From NCBI GenBank assembly GCA_963780185.1, contig CAWABA010000006.1:256001-320000 (forward strand): a stretch of 64,000 nucleotides of DNA, in the 5' to 3' direction. A program made the translations under genes and the position numbers. Positions 53,064-63,357 of this stretch are shown here, one piece after another (position 1 is the first letter of the stretch; every line of letters starts with the position of its first letter). This stretch comes from Candidatus Bathyarchaeota archaeon. GTDB taxonomy: Archaea > Thermoproteota > Bathyarchaeia > Bathyarchaeales > Bathycorpusculaceae. Below the pieces are notes generated by a model. That model ran no database searches, was not told the DNA's origin, and saw only the letters and a list, made by a program, of their open reading frames with translations.

Positions 53064-53297
53064 CAAAAAAATATCTGCAAAACCCTAAAAAACCGCAAAC
53101 CCAAAAACAGCCAACCCAATTGAAAACCAAACCCGCAGAACCCAACTTTTTCAGCAAAGCTTGCCATAAAGTTAATAGGCTACAAATTCACTTTCCATGT
53201 CAGTTCATCAATTTCGAGTGTTTATAAAAATGCTGCAAATATCCAAAAAAAGATGCTTCAAAGTATTAAATTCATTCAAAATGGAGTTTGAATAATT

Positions 53298-55514
53298 ATG
53301 GCGCGTTATAGGCAAACAGACGAAATAGTTAAACTGATGGAGACCCCAACTTTCATACGCAACACAAGCATCATCGCTCATGTTGACCATGGAAAAACCA
53401 CGCTTTCCGACAGCTTACTAGCTGCCGCAGGCATCATCAGCACGCAGACTGCGGGTCAAAAACTGTTCCTTGACTCATGGGATCTTGAGCAGAAACGTCA
53501 AATGACCGTTTTCGCCTCAAACGTCAGCCTAATCCACACCTACAACAGCCAGGACTACCTCATCAACCTCATCGATACACCCGGACACATCGACTTTTCA
53601 GGCGCCGTAACAAGAAGCCTTCGAGCAGTCGACGGCGCACTTGTCGTTGTAGACGCAGTAGAGGGACCCATGACCCAGACAGAAACCGTCCTCATGCAAG
53701 CCCTACGAGAACGCGTCAAACCCATCCTGTTCATCAACAAAGTTGACCGCCTAATCAAAGAAATCAAGCTTACTCCGCAGGAGATTCAGAAAAGATTCGC
53801 AAAGATTCTCATGAGAGTAAACAACCTGATCGAGAAGTATGCTCCTGCCGAACACAAGAAAGATTGGCAAGTAACCGTCGAAGACGGACGTGTAGCATTC
53901 GGCTCAGCCCTTCACAAATGGGGCTTAAACATTGACCACATGAAACTGAAGAAAGTCAGCTTCCAAGACATCATCGACGCATACACAGGCGACCCCATAG
54001 ATGTCGGACGCAAAGTAGACGAACTCAGCAAAAAAGCACCCCTACCTGACCCAATCTTAGACATGTTCTGCAAACACCTACCAAACCCATACGAGGCGCA
54101 GCCATACAGGCAGCCGCAGATTTGGCCAGGCGACGTTGCAAGCCCAACAGGCCAAGGCATGGCGAAAGTTGACCCTAACGCTCCATTACTCATGTGCATA
54201 TCCACCATCGAGGTTGACCCGCACAGCGGCACCGTTGCAATCGGCAGAATATTCAGCGGCTCAGTTACCCGAGGAAAAGTAGTTCAACTTGTCAGCAGCA
54301 ACCAGAAAGGCACCATACAACAGGTTTTCATGAGTATGGCAACAGACCGAGTTATCATTGATCGCGTTCCAGCAGGCAACATCGGCGCCATTTCAGGTTT
54401 ACCATCAATCCACGTCGGCGAAACCATCGCTGAAGACGGCGCAGAGGTTCACTCGTTTGAAGGCTTAAGATACGTTTCCGACCCAGTTGTAACCGTAGCC
54501 GTCGAGCCCGAAGACGTCAAAGACCTGCCGCTATTCGACAAAGTCATGCATAAACTAACAACAGAAGACCCTAACCTGCACTTCATCATGAACAAGGAAA
54601 GCGGCGAATTTCTCCTCTCAGGCATGGGTGAGCTTCACCTTGAAATCACAGCTTACCGCATGCAGGAAGCAGGCTTAAAAGTGAAGCTAAGCAAACCCAT
54701 CGTTATCTACCGAGAAACCATAAGCCACGACTACCGCGGCCCAGCAATTATGGGTAAAAGCCCCAACAAACACAACAAACTCTGGATAACCATCGAGAAG
54801 CTTTCCGACGAAGTTATTGAAGCAATCAAAGAAGACAAAATTAATGACATGATGAATAGAGACGAGCGAACGAAAGTTTTGCGTTCACTGGGTTGGTCAA
54901 CTGACGAAGCGAAGGGTGCAGTGGCAGTTGAAGAAAACAACATTCTCTGCAACCGTATCCGAGGCAGACAGTACGTGGAGGAAGTTCTTGACCACATTAA
55001 AACTGGGTTCCGCGAAGCAGTCCACACATCACCCCTCGCCAAGGAACCAGCGTATGGCCTCAAAATAAACTTGGAAGACATTGTCCTCCATGAAGACCCA
55101 GTGCACCGCGGTCCAGCACAGGCAATCCCGATGACTTGGAGACCAATATACTGCGCAATCCTCCTTAGTGATCCGAAACTGCTTGAGCCGTTGATGAGTT
55201 TCGAATGTAAAGTTCCAAGCGAATTCGTAAGCGCCGTAATCACGATGCTCAACAAAAGACGCGGAAAAATCCTTGACATGCCCTCCGAAGAAGACATGAT
55301 AACCGTCAAAGCAGAAATGCCAGTCTCCGAAAGCTTCGGCATCGCCGACGAACTCCGAGGTTCAACCTCAGGCAGAGCTTTTTGGGCAACACAATTCAGC
55401 CGCTGGGCACCCGTACCAGAACAAATGCAGGCAGAAACCATCAAAAAAATCCGCGAACGCAGAGGACTACCACTGATCCCGCCAAAACCAGAAGAATACT
55501 TCGAGAAAGAATAA
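53298..55514 (+). CDS. fusA: Translation elongation factor aEF-2
   Basis: AHVDHGKTT, DTPGHIDF, NKVD, GMGELHLE; diphthamide loop LHEDPVHRGPAQ. Confidence 0.97.
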   Translation: MARYRQTDEIVKLMETPTFIRNTSIIAHVDHGKTTLSDSLLAAAGIISTQTAGQKLFLDSWDLEQKRQMTVFASNVSLIHTYNSQDYLINLIDTPGHIDFSGAVTRSLRAVDGALVVVDAVEGPMTQTETVLMQALRERVKPILFINKVDRLIKEIKLTPQEIQKRFAKILMRVNNLIEKYAPAEHKKDWQVTVEDGRVAFGSALHKWGLNIDHMKLKKVSFQDIIDAYTGDPIDVGRKVDELSKKAPLPDPILDMFCKHLPNPYEAQPYRQPQIWPGDVASPTGQGMAKVDPNAPLLMCISTIEVDPHSGTVAIGRIFSGSVTRGKVVQLVSSNQKGTIQQVFMSMATDRVIIDRVPAGNIGAISGLPSIHVGETIAEDGAEVHSFEGLRYVSDPVVTVAVEPEDVKDLPLFDKVMHKLTTEDPNLHFIMNKESGEFLLSGMGELHLEITAYRMQEAGLKVKLSKPIVIYRETISHDYRGPAIMGKSPNKHNKLWITIEKLSDEVIEAIKEDKINDMMNRDERTKVLRSLGWSTDEAKGAVAVEENNILCNRIRGRQYVEEVLDHIKTGFREAVHTSPLAKEPAYGLKINLEDIVLHEDPVHRGPAQAIPMTWRPIYCAILLSDPKLLEPLMSFECKVPSEFVSAVITMLNKRRGKILDMPSEEDMITVKAEMPVSESFGIADELRGSTSGRAFWATQFSRWAPVPEQMQAETIKKIRERRGLPLIPPKPEEYFEKE

Positions 55515-55530
55515 ACCGTTCCCCCATTTC

Positions 55531-55564
55531 CTTTTTTCAGTTTTGTTTTTTGCGGTTATTTTTT
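55531..55564 (+). terminator. T-rich archaeal terminator tract after fusA
   Basis: Multiple T runs immediately after the stop codon. Confidence 0.5.
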
Positions 55565-55722
55565 GTCGCAAAAAGTAGACCCCCCGCTGGGTAGGTTCAA
55601 TAAGCAACGAGTTTTGTAAAACCCATATTTACATTGGAATTTTGATGTAAATACTAGACCCCCTCCCCCCGGTCTTTGAACCCATCTTTACCTTGATTTT
55701 TTGATGTAAAAATGGGGTACCC
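55563..55722 (+). repeat. Dispersed structured repeat, copies 2 and 3 in tandem
   Basis: Units at 55575-55652 and 55655-55722 share TAGACCCCC and CCCATxTTTACxTTGxxTTTTGATGTAAA with each other and with 44258-44343. Confidence 0.9.
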
Positions 55723-55854
55723 TTCTTGGATAAGCATATTTCAAGGAGCATGTTTTGAGTTGCTTTCTTGTTTTGGGGCTTGAGGCGTTTGAATTTGAGT
55801 AAGTGACCTTTCTGAAAAAGTGCAATTTCAGCCGAAAGAGCATATTTGGGACAT

Positions 55855-56673
55855 CTATAGGAGCCTAATAGGCAGGAATGCGTGGGGATGGCGTTTTCTT
55901 AAGTAAACCAACAAGCCAGTAACCGCCACAACAATGACTCCTATTGCCGCTGAGCCAACGACTATTGCCGTTGTTGGAAAGGGCTTAGGTGAAGGCGTCG
56001 GCAACGTCTCTGGTTGGGATATGGTGAAATTTATTGTTTTTGAGGCTCCGACGTTTCCAGCAAGGTCTCGAGCGTAGACCGTAACATTATGCTCTTGGTA
56101 AGACAAGCCAGTCAGCGTGGTGTTTCCCGCAACAGTCACATTGCCCTGTCCATCTAAACAATAACCTATCCATGAAGTAAGTTCATCTACTGTGAAGTTT
56201 AACGAAAAGCTGTTTTGGCTGCAGGTTTGGTTTTCGGCGGACAGAAATGTTGTGACAGGAGCCTTTCCATCATCCACAGTAAAGTAGACTGTGGCATTGT
56301 CCGAGAAAGTCCATGGCGGGGTAATGTCCCAAAAAGTTTCTTCGTAAACCGTCACGTTATGCGGTCCCTCAGGCAAAACAGGCAGAAACACAGACCCATT
56401 AACCATTACTTGAAACGAATTATCAAAGTATTGAATCGCAGAAGGAATCGAAACATTGCCTTTCCCATCTAAGGTGTAAGTCATCGAATAATGGATATTG
56501 CTCCCGCCGCCTAAACCGCCTTCGCTGACACTTAACTCAAGCACGCCAGGACTGTAAGTTCTATTCGTAGGCGATATGATGGTAACTGCCTCAGCAACCT
56601 TGCCAGTCTGAAACCCAAAAACAACCAAGAAAACCATCAACAAAAGAATCAACGCCAACGCAGCTTTCCGCAA
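55855..56673 (-). CDS. Membrane-anchored Ig-like/FN3-type surface protein
   Basis: Signal peptide, two YxLDGxxNVxI...HNVTVY repeats, C-terminal TM. Confidence 0.85.
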   Translation of the reverse strand: MRKAALALILLLMVFLVVFGFQTGKVAEAVTIISPTNRTYSPGVLELSVSEGGLGGGSNIHYSMTYTLDGKGNVSIPSAIQYFDNSFQVMVNGSVFLPVLPEGPHNVTVYEETFWDITPPWTFSDNATVYFTVDDGKAPVTTFLSAENQTCSQNSFSLNFTVDELTSWIGYCLDGQGNVTVAGNTTLTGLSYQEHNVTVYARDLAGNVGASKTINFTISQPETLPTPSPKPFPTTAIVVGSAAIGVIVVAVTGLLVYLRKRHPHAFLPIRLL

Positions 56674-56907
56674 ACACTCTCACACCAGAACACTTGCCTC
56701 AAGCGCCATTTAGCTCTCCCCAAAGAACAGATTGTTCCGCCAAAAGAACAGCAAGATCCTTAAGGTTAATCGGTTCGCACTTCCGCTAACTTTGACCACG
56801 CTGCCAATATTCAGTTTTAAGTTTTGCCCTCGCTTGCTTGAGGAAAGGTCAGTTGAACACAATGATTTAAGGACTGTTTGCTATGTTTTGACCCTGCTTA
56901 AAAGAAT

Positions 56908-58091
56908 TTATTCGTTAAGAGAGCCATTTTCAGTGGTGCCTGACGGGTTTGGGAGTATCACCAAATAAGCAAAGAGTACTCCAAAAAGAGGCAGAGAAAC
57001 GCTGAGAACGGCATCTGCCATGTAAATTGTTCCTGTCCCAGTTGCAATCTTAACGGTTGAAGGCGAATAAGGGATAAGCGTTGACGAGAAATTAAACCGA
57101 TTCGTAGGATCCATGATGTAGTGAGGAACACCATAAGTCTGATACGTCGAGATAATTACATTGGGATGCTCTGGATTTTTCATGTTAAACGTGTAAATTC
57201 GAGCAGTTGCCGCGCCCCGTCCCTTATCTAGGTCTTGTCTGTTAAAGAAAATCTGTTCTCTGTTTCCAACTCTTACGTTGGCAGCTGGGCCATAATCGCA
57301 GTCATGCCCGTTTAGCGTCATAAACACGTTCGGATAATTGTTCAGTATTTTTTCGAAGTGTGTAGCCCACGCGACATCGATAAGATTCCTATGCCGTAAG
57401 TTCCGTTTCCATTAAGAAAATTATGCGTTGCCACAATCACGTTTACACTCGAATTACTTTTGATAAGCGTCTGCATCCAATCTAAGACTGTTTGGTTAGC
57501 GTTATACTCAATGTTAATGATCATAAAGCGATAATTGCCATAATGAAACTGAACAGCTGTACTTTTGCCGTCGAAAATATCTCCAACCCAGTAACGCTCT
57601 TGCCTCATAATTGTGACATTAAAGGCAGGGTAGTTTCCTCCCAGCCAGGAAGTGTCAGGATCACCGTCACCTATTCTGGTTCCGTTGCGGGGAAGAAGGT
57701 CGTCATGGTTTCCGCAGTTCCAACAATATGGAATACCATGTTTGTAAAAAATCATCATGGCATTGTTTGCGTTTGCCCATTGTGCTGGTACGTTAGCAAT
57801 GTTTACGATGTCACCTGTGTGGACAACCATCATAATCTTCATGGCTTGGCTGTTGTTCACGATCCAGTTGTCTAAATTGTTATATAATGCTGGGTAAGTT
57901 TGAGGCAAAAATTGAGTATCTGTAATCTGAACTATACTAAAACTGTTAGACATCAAATTCTTGTTTAACTTAGAAACATCGTTTTCTAAGCTTGTTACTG
58001 ATAGTACCACCGTAGCAGCCAGTAACATGCTAAGGATAATGACTTTTGTTTTTTTGTTGAATCTCAGTAGTCTTTTTGCGGGGTTAAACAT
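56908..58091 (-). CDS. Secreted calcineurin-like metallophosphoesterase (frameshift near 57370)
   Basis: DTQ, HTGDIV, GNHD, ATH and NGHD motifs across two fragments. Confidence 0.85.
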
Positions 58092-58518
58092 AACCCGAAC
58101 AGCTTGCTTTCCAATCTCTTAACACTATTCAATAGAACACATGTTCTGAAAAGTAGACTCTACGAAAATCGGTTCGCATTAAGCTGTTTAAACCAATCTT
58201 GACCTTCAAACCCTACTTAAGCAACTTGCTTCGAACTACAAGCATAAGGGCTAACAATGATGTTTCTACGTTTTCGATGTAAACGGTCAGCAACCTGTTA
58301 TCCGTTGAGTTAGAGCCAAGGTTGCTGGGCACGTTATTTCAAGAATCTTTTTGGTTAAATTTAAAAGGAGCCTTTTCTTGAGCGGTAACCAAGTGACCTG
58401 TGGCTTGAATGCCTCGGCAAATTGATGTTATCTGCCATGTTACAGGTGGGTTTTTCGCTTTTATTTTGCTTAATTTTAAATATGACTCTATAAACTCCTA
58501 TTGGGTAGGTCTTAGACC

Positions 58519-58920
58519 ATGGTAGAGCAAAAGCTGCATGCTATTCTAATTACAGGTAGAACAATCGATCAGGGCGTAGGGAAAGAGATGGGGAAAGGCT
58601 CCAAAGAATATTTTGACAGCTCCGCCATCTGCGTAATCGATGAGGCTGACATGAAGAAATTCGGCATAAGAAGCCGCTCAAACGTGAAAGTCACTTCAAA
58701 ATACGGTTCAGTCATCGTGAAAGCATCCAAAAACCCCTATGGCTCCAACCCCGGCTTGGTTTTCATTCCATGCGGTCTATGGGCAAACGCCATCTGCGGA
58801 GACGAAACCTTCGGCATGGGCATGCCCCTGTTTAAAGGGTTCAGGTTGACGTGGAACCCGCACCAAACGAAGTTGTTTTGACCTTAGATGAGCTTTTGAT
58901 AAGAGGAGTATGGACGGTAA
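58519..58920 (+). CDS. fwdD: Formylmethanofuran dehydrogenase subunit D (frameshift near 3' end)
   Basis: LITGRTIDQG, VKVTSKYGSV, VFIPCGLWAN, GMPLFKG motifs. Confidence 0.92.
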
Positions 58921-58926
58921 TCATTA

Positions 58927-60484
58927 ATGACTACAGAAACTAAATCAGTTGTTTGTCCGATATGCGGCTGCTTATGCGACGACCTTGAAGTTACAGTTGA
59001 AAACAACGAGATTGTCAAGATGAAGAATGGCTGCTCCGTCTGCGAAGCCAAAGATGGTTCACGGCTACAAAAGCGAAGAACGCATTCTAAAGCCCATGAT
59101 ACGCAAAGAAGGCAAACTTAGCCCGTCTCGATGGATGAAGCAGTCCACACAGCAGCCAAAATCCTAACAGACGCAAAATACCCCTTGCTTTTCGGCTGGA
59201 GCAGCTCAACAAGCGAAGCACAACGCATCGGCGTGCAGTTAGCTGAAGAATTAGGCTCAGCCTCGATAACTGTTGCAGCGTTTGCCACGGTCCCTCAGTT
59301 ATGGCTACGCAGGAAATCGGTATCCCCGCAGCCACTCTTGGGCAAATCAGGCACCGCGCAGACCTAATAGTTTACTGGGCATGCAACCCATGGACTTCGC
59401 ATCCGAGGCACCTTGAAAGATACACCAGCTTCACGGAAGGACGCTTTGAAGGCAGCGAATGGAAAAGCTACCTTGAAAAGCTGAAGGGTACCGCAGAGCA
59501 CGCAAAAAAGTCGAGGCGGCTTCACGGCGAATAGTTGATGATTATACATCCTCCAGTTGCTCCTCGAGGCATGCACTGTCGGTGCGCCTCCGCAGACGAT
59601 GCAGAAAGCGGGGCGTAAGCTGATTGTTGTTGACGTCAGAAAAACGATGACTGCTGAGGCAGCTGACTACTTCATTCAGGTGGAGCCGAACAAGGACTAC
59701 GAGATTCTTGATGCCATGCGGTGTTTAGTTAACTGACCAAGAACTCGACGTTGACAAAGTCGGCGGTGTCCCAGTTGAGTACCTCAAAGATGTTACTGAT
59801 GCGATGGTGAACTGCGACTTCGGCGTCATCTTCTTCGGCCTTGGCTTAACCCAGAGCATTGGCAGATTCAGAAACATCGAAATAGCAATCGCATTGACAC
59901 GGGACCTTAACAGAAAAACCAAATTCGTAATCTCACCCATGCGAGGACACTTCAACGTCACAGGCGCAAACGTGGTTTTCGCTTGGACAACAGGCTACCC
60001 ATACGCAATTGACTTCTCACAAGGGTACCCGCAGTATAACCCGGGAGAATTCACAACCATCGACCTGCTCAGACGCGGCGACAACGACGCAACATTAGTT
60101 ATTTCCGCAGACCCAGGCGCGCACTTCCCCAAAGTAGCTGTCCAAAACATGATGAAGCACCCCCTAATCACCATTAACCCAGACATGAACGCTATTTCAA
60201 GGCTTGGCGACGTAGTGTTTCCAACGCAGTGGTGCGGCATAGAATACGAAGGTACAGCTTACCGCATGGACCATGTGCCGATAATGCTGCGCAAAGTTGT
60301 TGAGCCGCCGCCGGGAATCCTAAACGACGAGGAGCTTCTGAAGAAAATTCTTGATGAAGTTCGAGCAATCAAAGCCAAAAATCCAGAAACCGAAACTAAC
60401 GCCGAACTTAAAGCACGCAACAAACTGGCGCCTAGGATCGAAATTAAGCAAAGAAAGAAAACAAAAAAAGCGGAGGTTGCTTAA
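58927..60484 (+). CDS. fwdB: Formylmethanofuran dehydrogenase subunit B, Cys form (multiple frameshifts)
   Basis: CPICGCLCDD, SVCHGP, RADLIVYWACNP..SHPRH, PMRGHFNVTG, GTAYRMD motifs. Confidence 0.93.
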
Positions 60485-62184
60485 ATGACTGAGTTACTCA
60501 TAAAAAACGGCTTCGTCTTTGACCCCATAAATGGGATTAACGGGGAAAAAATGGATATAGCAATCAAAGAACGGCAAAATCGTCCAAAAAGTCAGCGCCA
60601 AAGCCCAAGTGATTGACGCTTCAGGTTTAACTGTTATGCCGGGCGGGGTTGACATCCATACCCACATTGCGGGTGGAGAAGTTAACACTGGCAGAATAAT
60701 TCGTCCAGACGACCACGTTAAGGATGTGGAACGCAAAACCGCAATGACCCGATCGCGGCACTGGCTACTCTATTCCATCCACTTTCACTACTGGTTACCG
60801 TTATTCCCGTATGGGTTACACAACCGTTATGAATCCGTCAATGGCGCCTCTGGAAGCTAAACATACCCATGAAGAATTAAACGACATACCCTTGCTTGAC
60901 AAAGCCACTTACCCGCTTATTGGCGACTGGTGGTTTGTTCTGGAGAACTTGGCAAAAGGCAACATCGAAGAATGCGCCAAACACGTCGCTTGGATGCTTG
61001 ACATAACCAAAGGTTACGCCATAAAAATCGTTAATCCAGGCGGCTTAGAATCTTGGGGTTTCGGGCATAACGTCCATAGTATTGATGACCAAGTGCCGAA
61101 CTTCTGCATTACCCCGCGGGAAATCATGTGCGGCTTAGCAAAAGTTAACGCGATGCTGAATTTGCCTCACTCTATTCATCTTCACACAAATAATCTGGGA
61201 ATACCCGGCAACTACACAACCACACTGGACACTATGAGAGCGCTTGAAAGCGTGCCATACAATGGCAGACCAGTTTGCCACATTACCCACTTGCAATTCT
61301 CAAGCTTTGCAGGTGACAGCTGGGTACACTTCCAATCAGCATCAGAGGAAATCTCAAACTACATCAACGCACACAACCACATGACCTTTGACATGGGACA
61401 AATCATATTCTCAGAAACCACAACCATGACCGCTGATGGACCCTTCGAATTTTCACTCTACGAGCTTGGCGGACACAACAAATGGGTCAACAGCGACATC
61501 GAAACTGAAACCAGCGGCGGAATCATACCTATACACTACAAGAAAAACAGCCCGGTAAACGCGCTTCAATGGTCCATTGGGTTGGAGTTAGCTCTGCTAA
61601 TTAAAGATCCCTGGAAAATGATGATGACAACCGATCACCCCAATGCCGGGCCATTCTTTGCTTACCCACGTGTACTGGCTTGGTTATACAGCAAGAAAGC
61701 ACGTGAAGCCACGTTGAATCATTGCAATAAGAAAGCCCAGAAAAAGAGTTTGCTGCCGACAATCGACCGTGAAATGACCCTGTACGAGCTTGCGATTATG
61801 ACTCGTGCAGCCCAAGCTAAAGCGCTGGGGCTCAAAGACAAAGGGCACCTTGGTGTTGGCGCAGACGCAGACGTCGCAATCTTTAACATTAACCCTGAAA
61901 CACTCGACATAGCCCAAAAATTCAAGGTCGCACGCAAAGCCTTCAAACACGCAGCATATACCATCAAAGACGGCAAAATCGTCGTAAAAGATGGCGAAGT
62001 AGTAAATAACACAACGCCCGGCAAAACCATGTGGCTTGATGTCCAAACCAAAGAACCCTGCGTAATTGATGAAGAAATGAAACGCAAATTCAGACAATAC
62101 TGGACCATCGAATACGACAATTACCCAGTGTTCGAACATTACCTGAGAGTTCCAGAAAAATTAACCGTAAAGGCAAGTGTCTAA
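60485..62184 (+). CDS. fwdA: Formylmethanofuran dehydrogenase subunit A (frameshifts in 5' part)
   Basis: IKNGFVFDPING, GGVDIHTHIAG, KIVNPGG, HLHTNNLG, TTDHPNAGPF motifs. Confidence 0.95.
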
Positions 62185-62998
62185 AATGATCACTCTAACT
62201 CCGAAAAGAAAATTCGAAGTGCCTGTCCAAGCGGCATGCATCAGCCCCGACGTCTTCAAAGGCAAAACCGTCGCTGAAATAGCTAACATGCCCGTAACCG
62301 AAGGAAACCGCAACCTAAAACTCGGCGACCTCTTCGAAATCCAAGAAGACAACCTTGAAACACCCTACATAACCATCAACGGAGACGCAGGCAAAGTCAA
62401 ACGAATCGGACAAGCCATGAAAACAGGCGAAATAGTTGTCAACGGCGACTGCGGCATGCACACAGGCGAAAAAATGGTTGGCGGCAAAATCACAGTGAAC
62501 GGCAACTTAGGCGGATGGTCAGGTAACGACATGAAAGGCGGCTTAATTGAGGTGCATGGAGACGCAGGTGACTATTTAGCTTCTCCCTACCGCGGTACAG
62601 CCACAGGCATGAAAGGCGGCTTAATAGTTGTTGACGGCAAAGTCGGCAGCGACGTCGGATGCTATCTGCATGGCGGCGTTCTGAAAATCAAGGGCGGCGC
62701 AGGCAGATACCTGGGTTACCACATGAGTGACGGCGCAATCCTTGTTGACAAGGAATGTGACAACCGCGCGGGCGCATTGATGACAGGCGGCAAAATCGTC
62801 ATAACAGGCAAAGTCGAAGAGGTAATGCCTGGATTCACCATAGACAGCGTTAAACCTAAAGTCAAAGTCGACGACACAACAAACGTTGCAGGACCATTCT
62901 ACGTGTTTCTAGGCGATTTGGCAGAGCACGGCACAGGCAAAATCTTCGTGAACAAAGCCAACAACCCGCAAATGAAATTCTACGAAAAATACCTCTAA
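62177..62998 (+). CDS. fwdC: Formylmethanofuran dehydrogenase subunit C
   Basis: LGDLFEI, repeated MxGGxIxVxG beta-helix units, GDLAE. Confidence 0.95.
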   Translation: MSKMITLTPKRKFEVPVQAACISPDVFKGKTVAEIANMPVTEGNRNLKLGDLFEIQEDNLETPYITINGDAGKVKRIGQAMKTGEIVVNGDCGMHTGEKMVGGKITVNGNLGGWSGNDMKGGLIEVHGDAGDYLASPYRGTATGMKGGLIVVDGKVGSDVGCYLHGGVLKIKGGAGRYLGYHMSDGAILVDKECDNRAGALMTGGKIVITGKVEEVMPGFTIDSVKPKVKVDDTTNVAGPFYVFLGDLAEHGTGKIFVNKANNPQMKFYEKYL

Positions 62999-63123
62999 CC
63001 TTCTCTTTTTGCTTTTTTATTTTCTGACGAGTTAAGCCAAAAACGTTATTTCTTCGACTAATGATTTGTTAGTTTGAAGTCGCAAGGATTTCCATTACTT
63101 CATTAAAACAATCTGTGTGTGAT

Positions 63124-63357
63124 ATGAAATTGGGCGAACGAATTGACGTGAATCCTAAAATTCTTGGCGGGAAACCCGTGATTAAGGGCACAAGAATTCC
63201 AGTGTACCTAATTCTCGAATTATTGTCAGCTGGATATGATTTCAAGCGCATAATTACAGCGTACCCTGCCTTGACAGAAGAGGACATTAAAGCGGCGGTC
63301 AATTATGCTGCCAAAATTGTTAAGAACGAAGAATCTTTCGAGTATGCGGTGTCCTAA
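63124..63357 (+). CDS. DUF433 antitoxin-like protein
   Basis: IDVNPKILGGKPVIKGTRIPV...YPALTEEDI. Confidence 0.93.
   Translation: MKLGERIDVNPKILGGKPVIKGTRIPVYLILELLSAGYDFKRIITAYPALTEEDIKAAVNYAAKIVKNEESFEYAVS

Noticed and set aside
52669-53227. Lys/Gln-rich ORFs 52669-53088 and 52844-53227
   Set aside because: They are by-products of the A/C-skewed repeat tract, overlap in several frames and show no recognisable domain.
54731-55444. Long antisense ORFs opposite fusA (also 690-1370 opposite rpoA)
   Set aside because: Shadow frames of highly conserved genes produced by codon bias.
59725-59745. TGA in fwdB as possible selenocysteine
   Set aside because: The active-site ligand is already Cys (SVCHGP). 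The TGA arises from a one-base insertion in LVN-DQEL, and the downstream coding sequence continues in a different frame.
5857-60810. Numerous frameshifts suggesting programmed frameshifting or mass pseudogenisation (kinase, TM0106, flavodoxin, nreA, YYY protein, fba, fwdD/B/A)
   Set aside because: They are single-base indels, often at homopolymers, clustered by region, and they hit genes with intact catalytic motifs. Uncorrected consensus error is the simplest explanation; read-level polishing would confirm it.
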